Positions 12,237 to 24,485 of a stretch of DNA of 37,908 bases are shown one piece after another. The stretch's first letter is position 1. Every line of letters begins with the position of its first letter. Under the pieces are notes generated by a model. The model saw only the letters and a list, made by a program, of their open reading frames with translations, was not told where the DNA came from and searched no databases. Origin of the DNA: Octopus bimaculoides (lineage: Eukaryota); assembly GCF_001194135.2 (NCBI RefSeq), contig NC_068987.1, forward strand, positions 32,631,794 through 32,669,701, read 5' to 3'. The position numbers and the translations under genes are program-made.

Positions 12237-12769
12237 GGTTATATATGCATACAGAAATATACAGGTGCAGAAGATAGTAAACAATGAAAATAACTGGGTA
12301 ATGGAAATTATGTATCTTAATACGACGGGCAGAAAATTAAATAAGAAAATTTTTATAGAAATTAATGAATTGTACGGGTTGAAGCGAAATTTGTCACTGA
12401 CTGAACCAGTAGAAACAGTATTGAAGAAACCAGAAAAACACAAAACACAAAACCGTTGCAAATGTAAATTTTTAGAGAAGTTACTTCTGTCAATAAATTA
12501 TGAACTTTTATCAGTAATTCTGTCAACAACCAAAAAACACAAAACATTGCGAAAGTAAATAAGAAGTTTGTAGGCAAATGAGCTAAATGTACGGATTGAA
12601 GTAAAATTTATGAAGTTACTTCTGTTAGTAATTGTGAACTTCTTTCTGTCAGTAATTTGTCGTTGTTGTTTGTAAATAGCGATTGAAAATTTACAGAAAA
12701 AACAATAGTGATTGAACTTAAAATGAAAACAATAACGTCTGGAAAATGAAAGTGAAAACAATAGAGAGA

Positions 12770-12960
12770 AAGTGAGATATATAGAGAGGGAGAGAGAGCG
12801 AGCTAACTAGTTAGACAAATAGGATAGATATAGATAGATAAGTTATAGACAGATACAGAAAGTTAGATAGATATAGCGATAGATATGGATATAGAGATGT
12901 AGACAGAGAGATATAGAGAGATAGAGATAGATAGAGAGAGATAAACAAAGATATATAGAT
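12770..12960. repeat. Degenerate (AGAT)/(AG)n microsatellite inside the Helitron
   Basis: GATAGATA/GAGATA repeats read directly. Confidence 0.85.
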
Positions 12961-13281
12961 GTCAATGGCGCTAGAAAACCGAAAGTAAATATTTAAAAAA
13001 CATTCAAAGACGGGAATCTAATATAAAAAGCATTTTTTAAATTAGTGGATATAAGGGAGACAATTAATTTCTGAGAGTTACTTCGCAAAAAGTCACCTCC
13101 CTTCTCCACGTAACCTAGGAATGGGTGTTTTCTGTCCACAGGGCGCCCTTTACACATTATGTGAAAAATTGTAAGAGTCTAAAACCATCCCTCCAACATA
13201 AGTAATGATATATGTTCCCAGTTTGGAAAAAATCAGTTGTAAAATACGGGCGTTATAATCTTTTACACACAGACAGAATGG

Positions 13282-13311
<30 letters not shown>

Positions 13312-13312
<1 letters not shown>

Positions 13313-13690
13313 TCTTTTATTCTTTTACTTTACTTGTTTCAGTCATCTAACTGTGGTCATGCTGTAGTACCGCCCTGTAATTGAAAAACTAGACACTGGA
13401 CTTATTCTTTGTAAGCCTGTTGCTTATTCTATATGTCTTTTCTGCCGAACCGCCGAGTTACGGAGCGGAAAAACACCAACATCGGTTATCAAGCCGTGAT
13501 GAGAGGAAAAACACAGACACAAGTACACACATATATACATATATTCGACGGGCTTCTTTCAGTTTCCGTATACGAAATCCACTGACAAGGCTTTGGTCGG
13601 TTCGTGGTTATAGTAGAACGTGATTGACCCAAGGTGCGACGCAGGGGGAATGAAGCCGGACCCATGTCGTTTTGAAGCTATGCCTGCGCC

Positions 13691-13691
<1 letters not shown>
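13312..13691 (-). mobile_element. tRNA-derived SINE, family 2, near full length
   Basis: TTCTTTTATTCTTTTACT tail, TTGTTTCAGTCAT, CGACGGGCTTCTTTCAGTTTCCGT...CAAGGCTTTGGTCGG, and a head ending TGCGCCT. Confidence 0.88.
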
Positions 13692-13724
<33 letters not shown>

Positions 13725-13741
13725 ATATATATATATATATA

Positions 13742-13990
13742 TCACGTGATCGACCCGATTATCAGATTGGTGGTATGAATGCGCTTCGCATCATTTTAGC
13801 TTTCGAACTGCGTCACTGCACAGGCTGGGTAACCAGGCTAACTTTCCTCACTCATCAAAACTTTATACACTCATAACTGATTGGAATGGAGAACGTAAAA
13901 CGAAGTGTAACTATTTCGCTCTGTGCAGGAATTGAACCTATAAGCAAGCGACCATAAGTTCAGCACCCTAACCACTAGACCACTCGCCAT
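13742..13990 (-). mobile_element. Degenerate family 3-related SINE
   Basis: Minus-strand head GGCGAGTGGTCTAGTGGTTAGGGTGCTGAAC...AGGTTCAATTCC with A-box-like and B-box-like motifs. Confidence 0.65.
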
Positions 13991-14841
13991 CACACACGGA
14001 CTCGCGATTGCGCGCACGCGCGCATATATGCCCACACATATACACACACATACACACACATACCCGCATATACACGCACAGCACACACACAAACACACAT
14101 ACACCCACACACAGAGACACAGAACAAATGTTTATTATTGGTCTAGTGACCCTCCCGAGATATAACAGATTATGTTTCAATACATAGATTCTTATAAAAT
14201 ATCAAGATATTATATTCACTAAGATATAATTTCGTACAATTCGCAATCAATTTTCAGATTAAAATCCCAGTTTGACAAAATATTCCAAACTGTAATCATA
14301 GTGAATACAATTTTATTTTGAAGGTAAATTGAATCTTTTAAACGTTAAATTATGTGATATAATGAAAAATAATTGAATTCGAGGCGTTGTTTTGTTTGTG
14401 CGCACTGGCGTACGAAGTGCGCAGGTCTGAAAGTAAGTAAATGACCCTGGGAGGTCTACGTTGAAAGATGCTAGGGTGTAATTTTCTGAATTAGCAGTTC
14501 GTCAAAAGAGGACGATAGGATAAGAATAGCAGCCCAGTTTCTGGCAGCCATCTTGACCATTATGTTACTTTGAATACATAAATAAATTTGAGCAATGACA
14601 CAACTATTGATAAAGCGTGGAGGAATAATTGAAAATATAAAAAAGATAAAATAAAACAATTTTAAAAAGAATAAAAAATATGATATTCTATCACTTTTTA
14701 ACCTTCATAACTTTTAACTCATTATTTCATTGTGATAATTATTTTGTTCTTATATTTTTATAATTTATGAATATTTTTTCTTCTTTTATCATTTTCAGTT
14801 ACTTCATATTTTCAATTATTTCATTGCAATCAACCGAAGTC

Positions 14842-14910
14842 CTATTTCTGATCTGAATGTTGCCATATATTTAAAATATCGAATTTCCTGTACCACTCTT
14901 TATATTCTTT
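14842..14910 (-). CDS. Candidate terminal coding exon (phase 0): KEYKEWYRKFDILNIWQHSDQK*
   Basis: Acceptor TCTCTTTTCCACAG. Phase-compatible with the 15469-15545 exon across a 558-nt intron. Confidence 0.35.
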   Translation of the reverse strand, partial: KEYKEWYRKFDILNIWQHSDQK

Positions 14911-15468
14911 CTGTGGAAAAGAGACTCAAATCTTCGAATTAAGAAATATGGAATGATGTTTTCTATACATATGCGCACAAAAGTACACACACTCACACAC
15001 GCGCGACCACATGCACACAACGCACACGCGCACACAACGCACACACGCCCACACGCCCACGCGCAAACACGCCCACGCACACACACACATTCATAGACGC
15101 ATACATACATATATACTATTTTACATATAGTCTTGAATTATTGTACCCTACATGTGTTATCCCACGTGTTCGCCTCCTGTTGCATACATATATATATGTG
15201 TGTGTGTGTGTTCGTGTGTGTGTGTATGTGTATATATTCATGTATGTGTGCGTGTGTGTATTCACACTTACATATACTACTTACACGTATAAATACATAC
15301 AAGCACACACGTATATGTATGTAGGAAATTGTCTATATGTGCATTCGTATACGTTTCTGTATGTATCTACATATATATAGACAGATGTTCGACACATTAT
15401 TTCAAAAAAGACTATATTCCACAATGAAGTTTCTAGCATACATTCAACTCTCTGATATATAAACTTAC

Positions 15469-15545
15469 ACGCCCAAACACATCTATGTTCGGTTCCACTT
15501 TTCGAGATAGATTCCCGAGAAATGTCTGTTTCAGGAACTCATTCT
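15469..15545 (-). CDS. Candidate internal coding exon (phase 1 to 0) of an unidentified gene: xNEFLKQTFLGNLSRKVEPNIDVFGR
   Basis: Acceptor TTTAATTGTCGTCTACAG, donor GTAAGT. 77 nt with only one of three frames open. Lies in non-repetitive sequence. Confidence 0.5.
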
Positions 15546-15879
15546 CTGTAGACGACAATTAAATAGCGTGAGAGAGGGAGGTGGGGGCGGGGAGGAACGA
15601 GAGAGGAAACAAAATGGTGAGTACGATATAGAAAGGAAGAGGGGATGGGTTAGGGAGAAAAGTGTGTGTCTGAAGTAAAAATTATGTGTGTATATACGTG
15701 TAATTGATAGAGGAGAGAGACAGAGAGATTCTTGAACAAGCCTTCTGGCATAGTTTTGAATCAAAATGGTTCATTGCAGCAATCAATGAAATGTATAATT
15801 CTTGAACCAAATCACATGCTTCACTGTAAACAAAATTCTTAAACAAGCCCAGAGGAAAAAAAAAATAACCACTAACGTC

Positions 15880-16044
15880 TATTCCACTACCACAACCACT
15901 ACTAAACCTTTTCCACCACTGATACTAACGCCTATACCTCCATTACCACTAACATCGACACTACCGCAGCCACTACTAACGCAGGCAACAACATTGACGT
16001 CATCACTGCTAGTAACACCGAAACCACCACCACCTCACCCCACC

Positions 16045-16078
<34 letters not shown>

Positions 16079-16202
16079 AACAACAACAACAACAACTACT
16101 ACTACTACTACTACTACTACAACAACAACAACTACTACTACTACTACTACAACAACAACAACAACTACTACTACTACTACTACTACAACTACTACAACAA
16201 CA

Positions 16203-16251
<49 letters not shown>

Positions 16252-16803
16252 ATAATAATAATAAAAATAATAATTATTATTATTATTATTATATCACTAG
16301 TAAGAATACCACACCACCGCTACTAACATCATTACCAACTTTACTAATACTAATGCTACCACTGCTACGACTGATAATGTTTCATACTATCAACCCTATT
16401 GCCACCACCTCTACCAATACAGTTACCATCACCTACCGTTTCTATTAACGCCACTAGTACGATTAGTAACATCATCACAATTGCTAACAGTAACGCCATT
16501 GACTTATATTACCACCACCATTACCTTGGCGGAACCCACTGCGACATATACTACCATCACTAACCACAACCACCACCACCACCACCACCACCACCAAAAC
16601 CACCAAAACCACCACCACCGCCGCCGCCATTTATATAATAACCGAAATCATTATCATTAATAGCAACATCGCTATCAACAACTCGATAGCAACGACAGCA
16701 TAGTGTGATGATGATGATGATGATGATGATAATAATAATAATAATAATCATAATAATAATAATAATAATAATAATTGTGAGGAAGATGATGATGATGATG
16801 GTG

Positions 16804-16856
<53 letters not shown>

Positions 16857-16877
16857 AATAATAATAATAATAATCAT

Positions 16878-16919
<42 letters not shown>

Positions 16920-17007
16920 TGTGAGGAAGAAGATGATGGTGATAGTGATGATGATGATAATGATGATGATAATTATCATACTAATACTACTAACAACAAC
17001 AACAGGA

Positions 17008-17044
<37 letters not shown>

Positions 17045-17070
17045 ATTTATTTATACAACAACAATTATTT
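15880..17070. repeat. Compound trinucleotide microsatellite (ACC/ACT/ACA/ATA/ATG)n
   Basis: Read directly. It generates the poly-L/Q/I/M ORF artefacts. Confidence 0.97.
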
Positions 17071-17494
17071 TAGAAAAACTTGGTAACGAATGCTGTTCGT
17101 TGAACTGACCTCGTTGTCATTCAGGGCATCTGCCATTTCTCTTCTGAGATGTTTCTCAGCCGGAAGCTAAAGTGTTCGTTCTGCCATTGAAATGTCGTAC
17201 TAACTCTGTTGGTTGTTGTGTAAGCACCCTATTTAACTTCAAGTATATCTTGAGGATTCGGTCAACCAAGATAAATAGTGTATGGAAACTTGTATGTGTG
17301 TATATGTGTGTATGTGTGTGTACATGTATGTGTCTGTGTATGCATGCGTGTGGATGTGGATGTGGATGTGCATGTGTACGTGTTTGTGTGTGTATATGTG
17401 TGTGTAGGATATGAGCAACACGTTTCTCGTATACATAGTGCTAGGTCATTACTTAGATTCTATACTGCATAATTTATTCAAGACCGCAGAACTG

Positions 17495-17640
17495 CTGGAA
17501 ATATGGCAGTGTGATTAAAACATTTGTTTCGCAATAACGAAGTACTGAGTTCGATCGCATTGCATGAATAGTTAAAGCAAGCATATTCCACTACACCGTC
17601 TGGATCAATGGTGCCGTGAGCAAAAATTTGTAGATATAAA
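17495..17640 (+). mobile_element. Very degenerate family 2 SINE head
   Basis: ATATGGCAGTGTGATTAAAAC...CTGAGTTCGATCGCATTGC resembles the family 2 A/B-box head. Confidence 0.45.
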
Positions 17641-18515
17641 CCATAAAAGGCTATTATTAATATTTATACCAACCACGTATTCAGTATCTACAGAGTTAGA
17701 CATACTTTTTAATAATATGTTAATCTTCAGAACATAGTTGTTGTGGTTCATTTACATCTCGTCTGTATATGAAATTTGTTTTTTATATTTTTTTTGCAAA
17801 TTTTCGACGTCTTTCTACATGTTTAACATATTCTCTCTTACTCTTCCTCCGTGTATGTATATCTCTCACACTGAGTGTTTGTATATGTGAGTGTGTGTGT
17901 ATGTGTGTGTATGTGTGTATGGAACCACATGCACACACTCACACACCCACGCCTGCATCACAAGTACAGTGTGTCCTCAGAGTCAATGAAGCTACGGAAA
18001 TACTTGCATTTCATCGTCGCAGATCTGTGTAACATCCCGACTGCAGCAACGACAAGGACCTTTTATGTGGTTCGTCAATACTCAGAAGTCTGATACCGCT
18101 TGTAGTGAATGTAGTGAGCAGAGATTTATGTCTTGAATAGGACAAGCCACCACGCTCTACCATCTCAAGTATTCCTATGTTTCTGCGCACTATTATAGAA
18201 TTGGTGACTTATACTGACTCCATCGGCTTTTCACAAAACTTCTTACCTTTCTAGCAACTCTCCTCATCAAGCTAGCCTTGCATGGAGACCGATTTAGTCC
18301 CTGACCATCCGTTGTGGTAACAAGTGTGCTGGATTGTCTCCTAATCCAAGGACTCAAACATTAACAGTCCCAAAGAAAGGCATCTCATTCGGCATTCTTA
18401 TAGTCCTGGCAATCCACTGTCCCGGACTGGTTCTATATTTTATTCGTTGAGAAAGAATGAAAAGAAACATACGCACGCACACACACACACACACAGACAC
18501 ACAGACACGCAAACA

Positions 18516-18553
<38 letters not shown>

Positions 18554-18570
18554 NNNNNNNNNNNNNNNNN

Positions 18571-18607
<37 letters not shown>

Positions 18608-18899
18608 TGTCTTTGTCTCTCTCACACACAAACACACATACCACACCACACAAACACACATGAGAAAGAAAGGAACAAAGAGAGAATGAAAGAAAGAAAG
18701 AAGTGAATGAGTTTAAAAATTTAGATCTATTTATATTGTGAGCCAGTTAGTATTCTCTGGCAAGAAGACATTTTAAATTACAATGGAAGACATCTTGGGA
18801 AATTGGAACTAATTTATCAGAAACATTTTATCCGACTGCAGAAAGGAAATAGATTGACTGGGTACAGTACGCGGCTATTAATCATACACAGGACATTAA

Positions 18900-19139
18900 T
18901 GACGAGTCTACGTACGTGTCGTCGTTACCGTAGAAGTCGTAGCAGTAACAGCAGCAGTAGTAATAGTAGCAGCAGCAACAGTGATAGTCATTGCAAAAAG
19001 TAGTAGTTGAAGCAATAGTAGTCGTAGCAGTAGTTGTAGTAGTGGTAGAGATGATGTTGATGTGTTGCTGTGGTTGTCGCATTATGGTGGTAGTGTTGTG
19101 TTGTACATGATGAAATAATGATAGTTTTGAGGATGATAA

Positions 19140-19178
<39 letters not shown>

Positions 19179-19780
19179 TAGTAGTAATGTAGTAGTAGCA
19201 GTAGCAGCAGTGGGAGTAGTAGTGGTGGTGATGGTTTTAGTAGTAGTGGTGGTGGGGGTGGTACTACTAGTAGTAGTAATAGTTGGGTGCGTTGGTAGTG
19301 CTTATAGTTTCAGCAGGGGTGGCAGTGGAGACGGTGGTTATTGTGGAGGTAGAGTTATCACAGTGGTGGTGTTGTATTGGCAAAGTGGTTGTAGTACTGA
19401 TGATGTAATGCTCTTAGTAATGACTTTCTAGTGATGAAGTAGTAGTGGTGGTGGTGATGGTGGTGTCAGTGAAAGTGTAGTGTAGGTGGTAGTTTCAGCG
19501 AGTGTAGTTAGGATTAAAACGATTAGAGGGACAATCGTAGTCGAAGAAATGCCACCAGCAGCGGTAGGAAGAATGGGCATTAATGATGTTACGAGTGGTG
19601 GTGGTGTTGATAATGATATTGGTAGTAGTAGAGAGGGCAGTGATAGCGGTCGTAGTGGTTGTGGTGGTGGCTGTGATGGTTGTGGTTGTAGTTGTGGTGG
19701 TGGCTTTGTGGTGGTTGTGGTGATGATTGGTGGCAGTAAAGATAGCTGCGATGATGGTTCAGAAGAAGATGACATTTGTT
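18900..19780. repeat. Compound trinucleotide microsatellite (AGT/GGT/GCA/GTT)n
   Basis: Read directly. It generates the poly-V/S/G and poly-T/P ORF artefacts. Confidence 0.95.
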
Positions 19781-19969
19781 CCTATAGCATAAATATGATC
19801 GACCATAGAGAAAACAAATGCCATGTAAAGGATTATGAATCAACTGGGGCATCGCATCGTTTGAGGATTACAGAAGAAGGATCATCGCGAGCAGATCTCT
19901 TGATGTTTGACCCTATGTCATTTCTGAAGAAGCAAACGTTCATGCGTGCGAGTGTATCTGAAAGTGAGG

Positions 19970-20100
19970 CTTTGGGTGTAGGGCTTAACATCATAAGGTT
20001 GAGGATTCAGTGCATGGACGAAGCGTCGTCATGTGTTCTTGAGCAGAGCATTTCATTTTATGTCGTTCCAGTTCATGCATCAGAAAAACGAGAACCAAGG
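19970..20100 (+). mobile_element. Degenerate family 3-related SINE head
   Basis: ...CATCATAAGGTTGAGGATTCAGTGC...TGTGTTCTTGAGCAGAGCATTTCATTT...GTTCCAGTTCA parallels the copy at 36771. Confidence 0.5.
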
Positions 20101-20515
20101 AAGTGCTGATACCTTCTTTTCTATTTCTTGACTGTCATATAGTCAATAATCTGCTGGGCCAAGAGATGTATATGTACCGGAGCCACGTAAAATGGTACAT
20201 GGGCTGGAGTTGTTTATGGTTTTACATACACGCAAACACATACACACGACACAAACACATACGCACGACACAAACACATACACACACATATTTATGTGCA
20301 TATAATACACATGCGTACAGGTGTGTATATATATATATATATATAAATTCATTTAAAATGCAGAGATACCTATAATAGGACATCTACTCGCTAGAAATAG
20401 CAGCGAAAGACTACATACCACAAAAGTTAGGGATAATTTCGAAAGGAAATGAAAAATAAAAACTTTTACCAATCTATATTCTGTACCATGGTTTCAAGTC
20501 AATTTTAGTAAGATA

Positions 20516-20580
20516 AAGATTATATCTTACAAGGTCGGACTATCTGCTGACGATAGTCCGACCTTGTAAGATATAATCTT
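20516..20580. repeat. Perfect 29-bp inverted repeat with a 7-nt loop, abutting the N-gap
   Basis: AAGATTATATCTTACAAGGTCGGACTATC-tgctgac-GATAGTCCGACCTTGTAAGATATAATCTT. Confidence 0.97.
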
Positions 20581-21266
20581 NNNNNNNNNNNNNNNNNNNN
20601 NNNNNNNNNNNNNNNNNNNNNNNNNNNNNNNNNNNNNNNNNNNNNNNNNNNNNNNNNNNNNNNNNNNNNNNNNNNNNNNNNNNNNNNNNNNNNNNNNNNN
20701 NNNNNNNNNNNNNNNNNNNNNNNNNNNNNNNNNNNNNNNNNNNNNNNNNNNNNNNNNNNNNNNNNNNNNNNNNNNNNNNNNNNNNNNNNNNNNNNNNNNN
20801 NNNNNNNNNNNNNNNNNNNNNNNNNNNNNNNNNNNNNNNNNNNNNNNNNNNNNNNNNNNNNNNNNNNNNNNNNNNNNNNNNNNNNNNNNNNNNNNNNNNN
20901 NNNNNNNNNNNNNNNNNNNNNNNNNNNNNNNNNNNNNNNNNNNNNNNNNNNNNNNNNNNNNNNNNNNNNNNNNNNNNNNNNNNNNNNNNNNNNNNNNNNN
21001 NNNNNNNNNNNNNNNNNNNNNNNNNNNNNNNNNNNNNNNNNNNNNNNNNNNNNNNNNNNNNNNNNNNNNNNNNNNNNNNNNNNNNNNNNNNNNNNNNNNN
21101 NNNNNNNNNNNNNNNNNNNNNNNNNNNNNNNNNNNNNNNNNNNNNNNNNNNNNNNNNNNNNNNNNNNNNNNNNNNNNNNNNNNNNNNNNNNNNNNNNNNN
21201 NNNNNNNNNNNNNNNNNNNNNNNNNNNNNNNNNNNNNNNNNNNNNNNNNTATATATATATATATAC

Positions 21267-21297
<31 letters not shown>

Positions 21298-23275
21298 TGT
21301 ATGTTTGTATGTATGTATGTATGTGCGTGCGTGTATTTATATATGTATATATTCTGATTGATAGATTAGAGTAAAATAGTAAAAAAAAATATTTGAATGC
21401 CGAATATGTAGTTCAGAAATTCAGAATCAGCGATATTACATCTACAATGAAAAAAAAAAAATAAAATAAAAATAATAATAAAAGATATCGAATTTTTAAA
21501 ATTCACCGATGAGAAAATGACCTCGGTCAGTGAAAGAAGAAATATTTGAAAGTTCTAACTGCCAAAAACATAGATGATTGACAGCCAATACTTTCAAACA
21601 AATCAATAGACATAGCTAAGAGTCCATAATGAAAATCTACTATATTAATAGATTCAATCATTTAAATAGTAGCTGTATGTGGAGTATCATCTTTTAGATA
21701 TTGAGCATTCATCATAGATAATTACTATACAAAAGTAAATAATGCATAGAAATTGAAGTGGTGAAGTAAATTGAAAATAGTAATGAACAAATTTAGAGGT
21801 TAACTTACTATCAGGAGAAATATTATTGATAGAAAGTATGTATTTGGCATTTTATTGTAAGAGTTTCTATTGAAATAAATGAGATAGAAAGTAGTGGTAT
21901 TTATAAATTAAAACTAAATGGTTCAGAACCTGAAATGACAGTGTTATTACGAAAGAATATATAGGAGATGAACTCATCGTATCATGCAAGCAAGAAAATA
22001 TAAATAGTAGCAAAGTAATTAATACAGTTTTTCAAAGAATAGAAGTATTCAAATAGAGATAAAATAGTGAAGAAAATAAACGGTGGTGACAATTTAGTTA
22101 CTCTACAAATAAACTTACTCAGTTAGGAATGAATATTGTTAATGAGAAATAGCAAATAAGACACCCAACAAAAATATGTGAGAATTTAATATCAGAGTAA
22201 GTATGAAAATAGTCGAAATAAGCTAAATATGGAGACACAAAAGTAGCAAACAATAGAAGTGAATTATATACATTATATACATTATATACATTATATACAT
22301 TATCTCTCTCGCTATACATATATATACATATATATACACATATATATATATATACATATATATATACATATATATACACATATATATATACATATATATA
22401 TATACATACATACATACATATGTATNNNNNNNNNNNNNNNNNNNNNNNNNNNNNNNNNNNNNNNNNNNNNNNNNNNNNNNNNNNNNNNNNNNNNNNNNNN
22501 NNNNNNNNNNNNNNNNNNNNNNNNNNNNNNNNNNNNNNNNNNNNNNNNNNNNNNNNNNNNNNNNNNNNNNNNNNNNNNNNNNNNNNNNNNNNNNNNNNNN
22601 NNNNNNNNNNNNNNNNNNNNNNNNNNNNNNNNNNNNNNNNNNNNNNNNNNNNNNNNNNNNNNNNNNNNNNNNNNNNNNNNNNNNNNNNNNNNNNNNNNNN
22701 NNNNNNNNNNNNNNNNNNNNNNNNNNNNNNNNNNNNNNNNNNNNNNNNNNNNNNNNNNNNNNNNNNNNNNNNNNNNNNNNNNNNNNNNNNNNNNNNNNNN
22801 NNNNNNNNNNNNNNNNNNNNNNNNNNNNNNNNNNNNNNNNNNNNNNNNNNNNNNNNNNNNNNNNNNNNNNNNNNNNNNNNNNNNNNNNNNNNNNNNNNNN
22901 NNNNNNNNNNNNNNNNNNNNNNNNNNNNNNNNNNNNNNNNNNNNNNNNNNNNNNNNNNNNNNNNNNNNNNNNNNNNNNNNNNNNNNNNNNNNNNNNNNNN
23001 NNNNNNNNNNNNNNNNNNNNNNNNNNNNNNNNNNNNNNNNNNNNNNNNNNNNNNNNNNNNNNNNNNNNNNNNNNNNNNNNNNNNNNNNNNNNNNNNNNNN
23101 NNNNNNNNNNNNNNNNNNNNNNNNNNATATATATATATATATATATATACATATGCATATATGTATGTACATATACATATATACATATGCATATACTTAC
23201 AAACACTCATACACTTAAACACATATATGCATATACACATATACATACATACAGACTCACAGACATGCATATATA

Positions 23276-24485
23276 CAGGATGCATAAGATATTTGAGGAC
23301 AGATATATGTTTATAAAAACAAAATAACAGATATTTAATAATAGACAATAACTTATTTATCAAAAACTACTATGAGGAATAAAATAAACCTCCTTCTCTA
23401 TAATGCTATTCAATAAAGCCACCTTCAACTTCAACAACTGCTTCTATTGATCGAATTAAGTGGTCCTGGTTCATGTTGGACTTCACTCAAAAAATCTTTG
23501 GTGTTATGGACGTGTTCTCTCTCAATAACTCTCCACATCTAAGTCCAATGGATTGAGATCTGGGGAATTAGGAGGTCAAATGATAGGGGTTATGTGATCA
23601 GGAAAATTTTCAATCATCCATTCCTGTTTTACTAGAGCCATGTGTGATAGGGCAGAGTCCGAAACACATATGGCCTTCCACTGCATACACTCTCTATCCA
23701 GGGCTTAACAATTATTTTCAGGACATCAATGCAGGCGGCAGTGTTAACACTAAGGCCTTGTGGAAAGTAGTAAGGAGGCATCACATGTCCTTCATAGCTG
23801 ACAACCCCTAAAACCATGACAGTTGCAGGGAATTTTGTATGCATAATACTTGGAACTTCCGGAGGGTCTGCACATAACCATCTGTCATTTGTTTTAATTT
23901 TTTTGATCTTGGTCGAAGTTTTTCCCGTTTGAGTAAAACCAAATCAAATCTTCTGCTGCATTTTTCGATTTGTTTGAGCCTTTTAGATGTAACGTACTGA
24001 TTTTCTGTTGCTTTTTCTGACAAATTGACCTTTCCTCATCATATAAAACTAAAATCTGATGCCTTTGTGGACAATATTTCTGACTGCTCCTTCGGACACG
24101 GAAATCTTTTGCAATTGACCTCATGAACTTTCTGCAGGTGTAACCAATGGTCTGTTGAACCTGCTGGATAAATGTGTGTATTCTGAGATGATTTCAGAGC
24201 GTTTAGAATGCTTTTTATGCTTTGATACTGGTGATACGTCTCCATCTTCAGTCTCTAACTCCTTACAAACCTTGTAGACGAAAGATCTAGCAAATTTTAA
24301 AAATCGAGATATTTTTGAATCGCTATGCTCAGCATTTATAACCACAATAATAGCATGCCTTTTCATTTCTTTAGTAAGCTGAGAGTCTGGCATTATTATT
24401 TTCTGAAACAAAGATAATACAGAGTGAACAAAAAATGTAGAAATGATCCATAAAATGTATGTTCTCGAATACATTACGCACCCTG
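23276..24485 (-). mobile_element. Full-length but decayed Tc1/mariner-superfamily DD37D (maT-type) transposon, about 1.21 kb
   Basis: TA-flanked degenerate TIRs CAGGGTGCGTAATGTATTCGAGAAC / CAGGATGCATAAGATATTTGAGGAC (19/25). Fragments MKRHAIIV..., TKFPATVMVLGVVSYEGHVMPP and YVF..DSAL...PPNSPDLNPLD, with 37 residues between the second and third Asp. Confidence 0.9.

Larger units (their letters stand above)
11383..13290 (-). mobile_element. Internally deleted Helitron
   Basis: 3' hairpin CCCGAACAACGCCGGG (plus 11395-11410) with a decayed CTAG, homologous to the terminus at 28191. Contains a RepHel N-terminal coding remnant. The 5' end merges into (TA)n at about 13286. Confidence 0.75.

Noticed and set aside
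14258-14324. Plus-strand segment bounded by TTTTCAG and AG|GTAAAT
   Set aside because: All three frames contain stops. At most a non-coding exon, and unsupported.
18247-18420. Minus-strand segment ending in a strong donor AAG|GTAAGA
   Set aside because: All frames from the nearest acceptor contain stops, and the sequence resembles a dispersed repeat.
15802-20109. Poly-Q/L/I/M/T/V/G ORFs
   Set aside because: Translations of trinucleotide microsatellites, with no splice or start context to support them.
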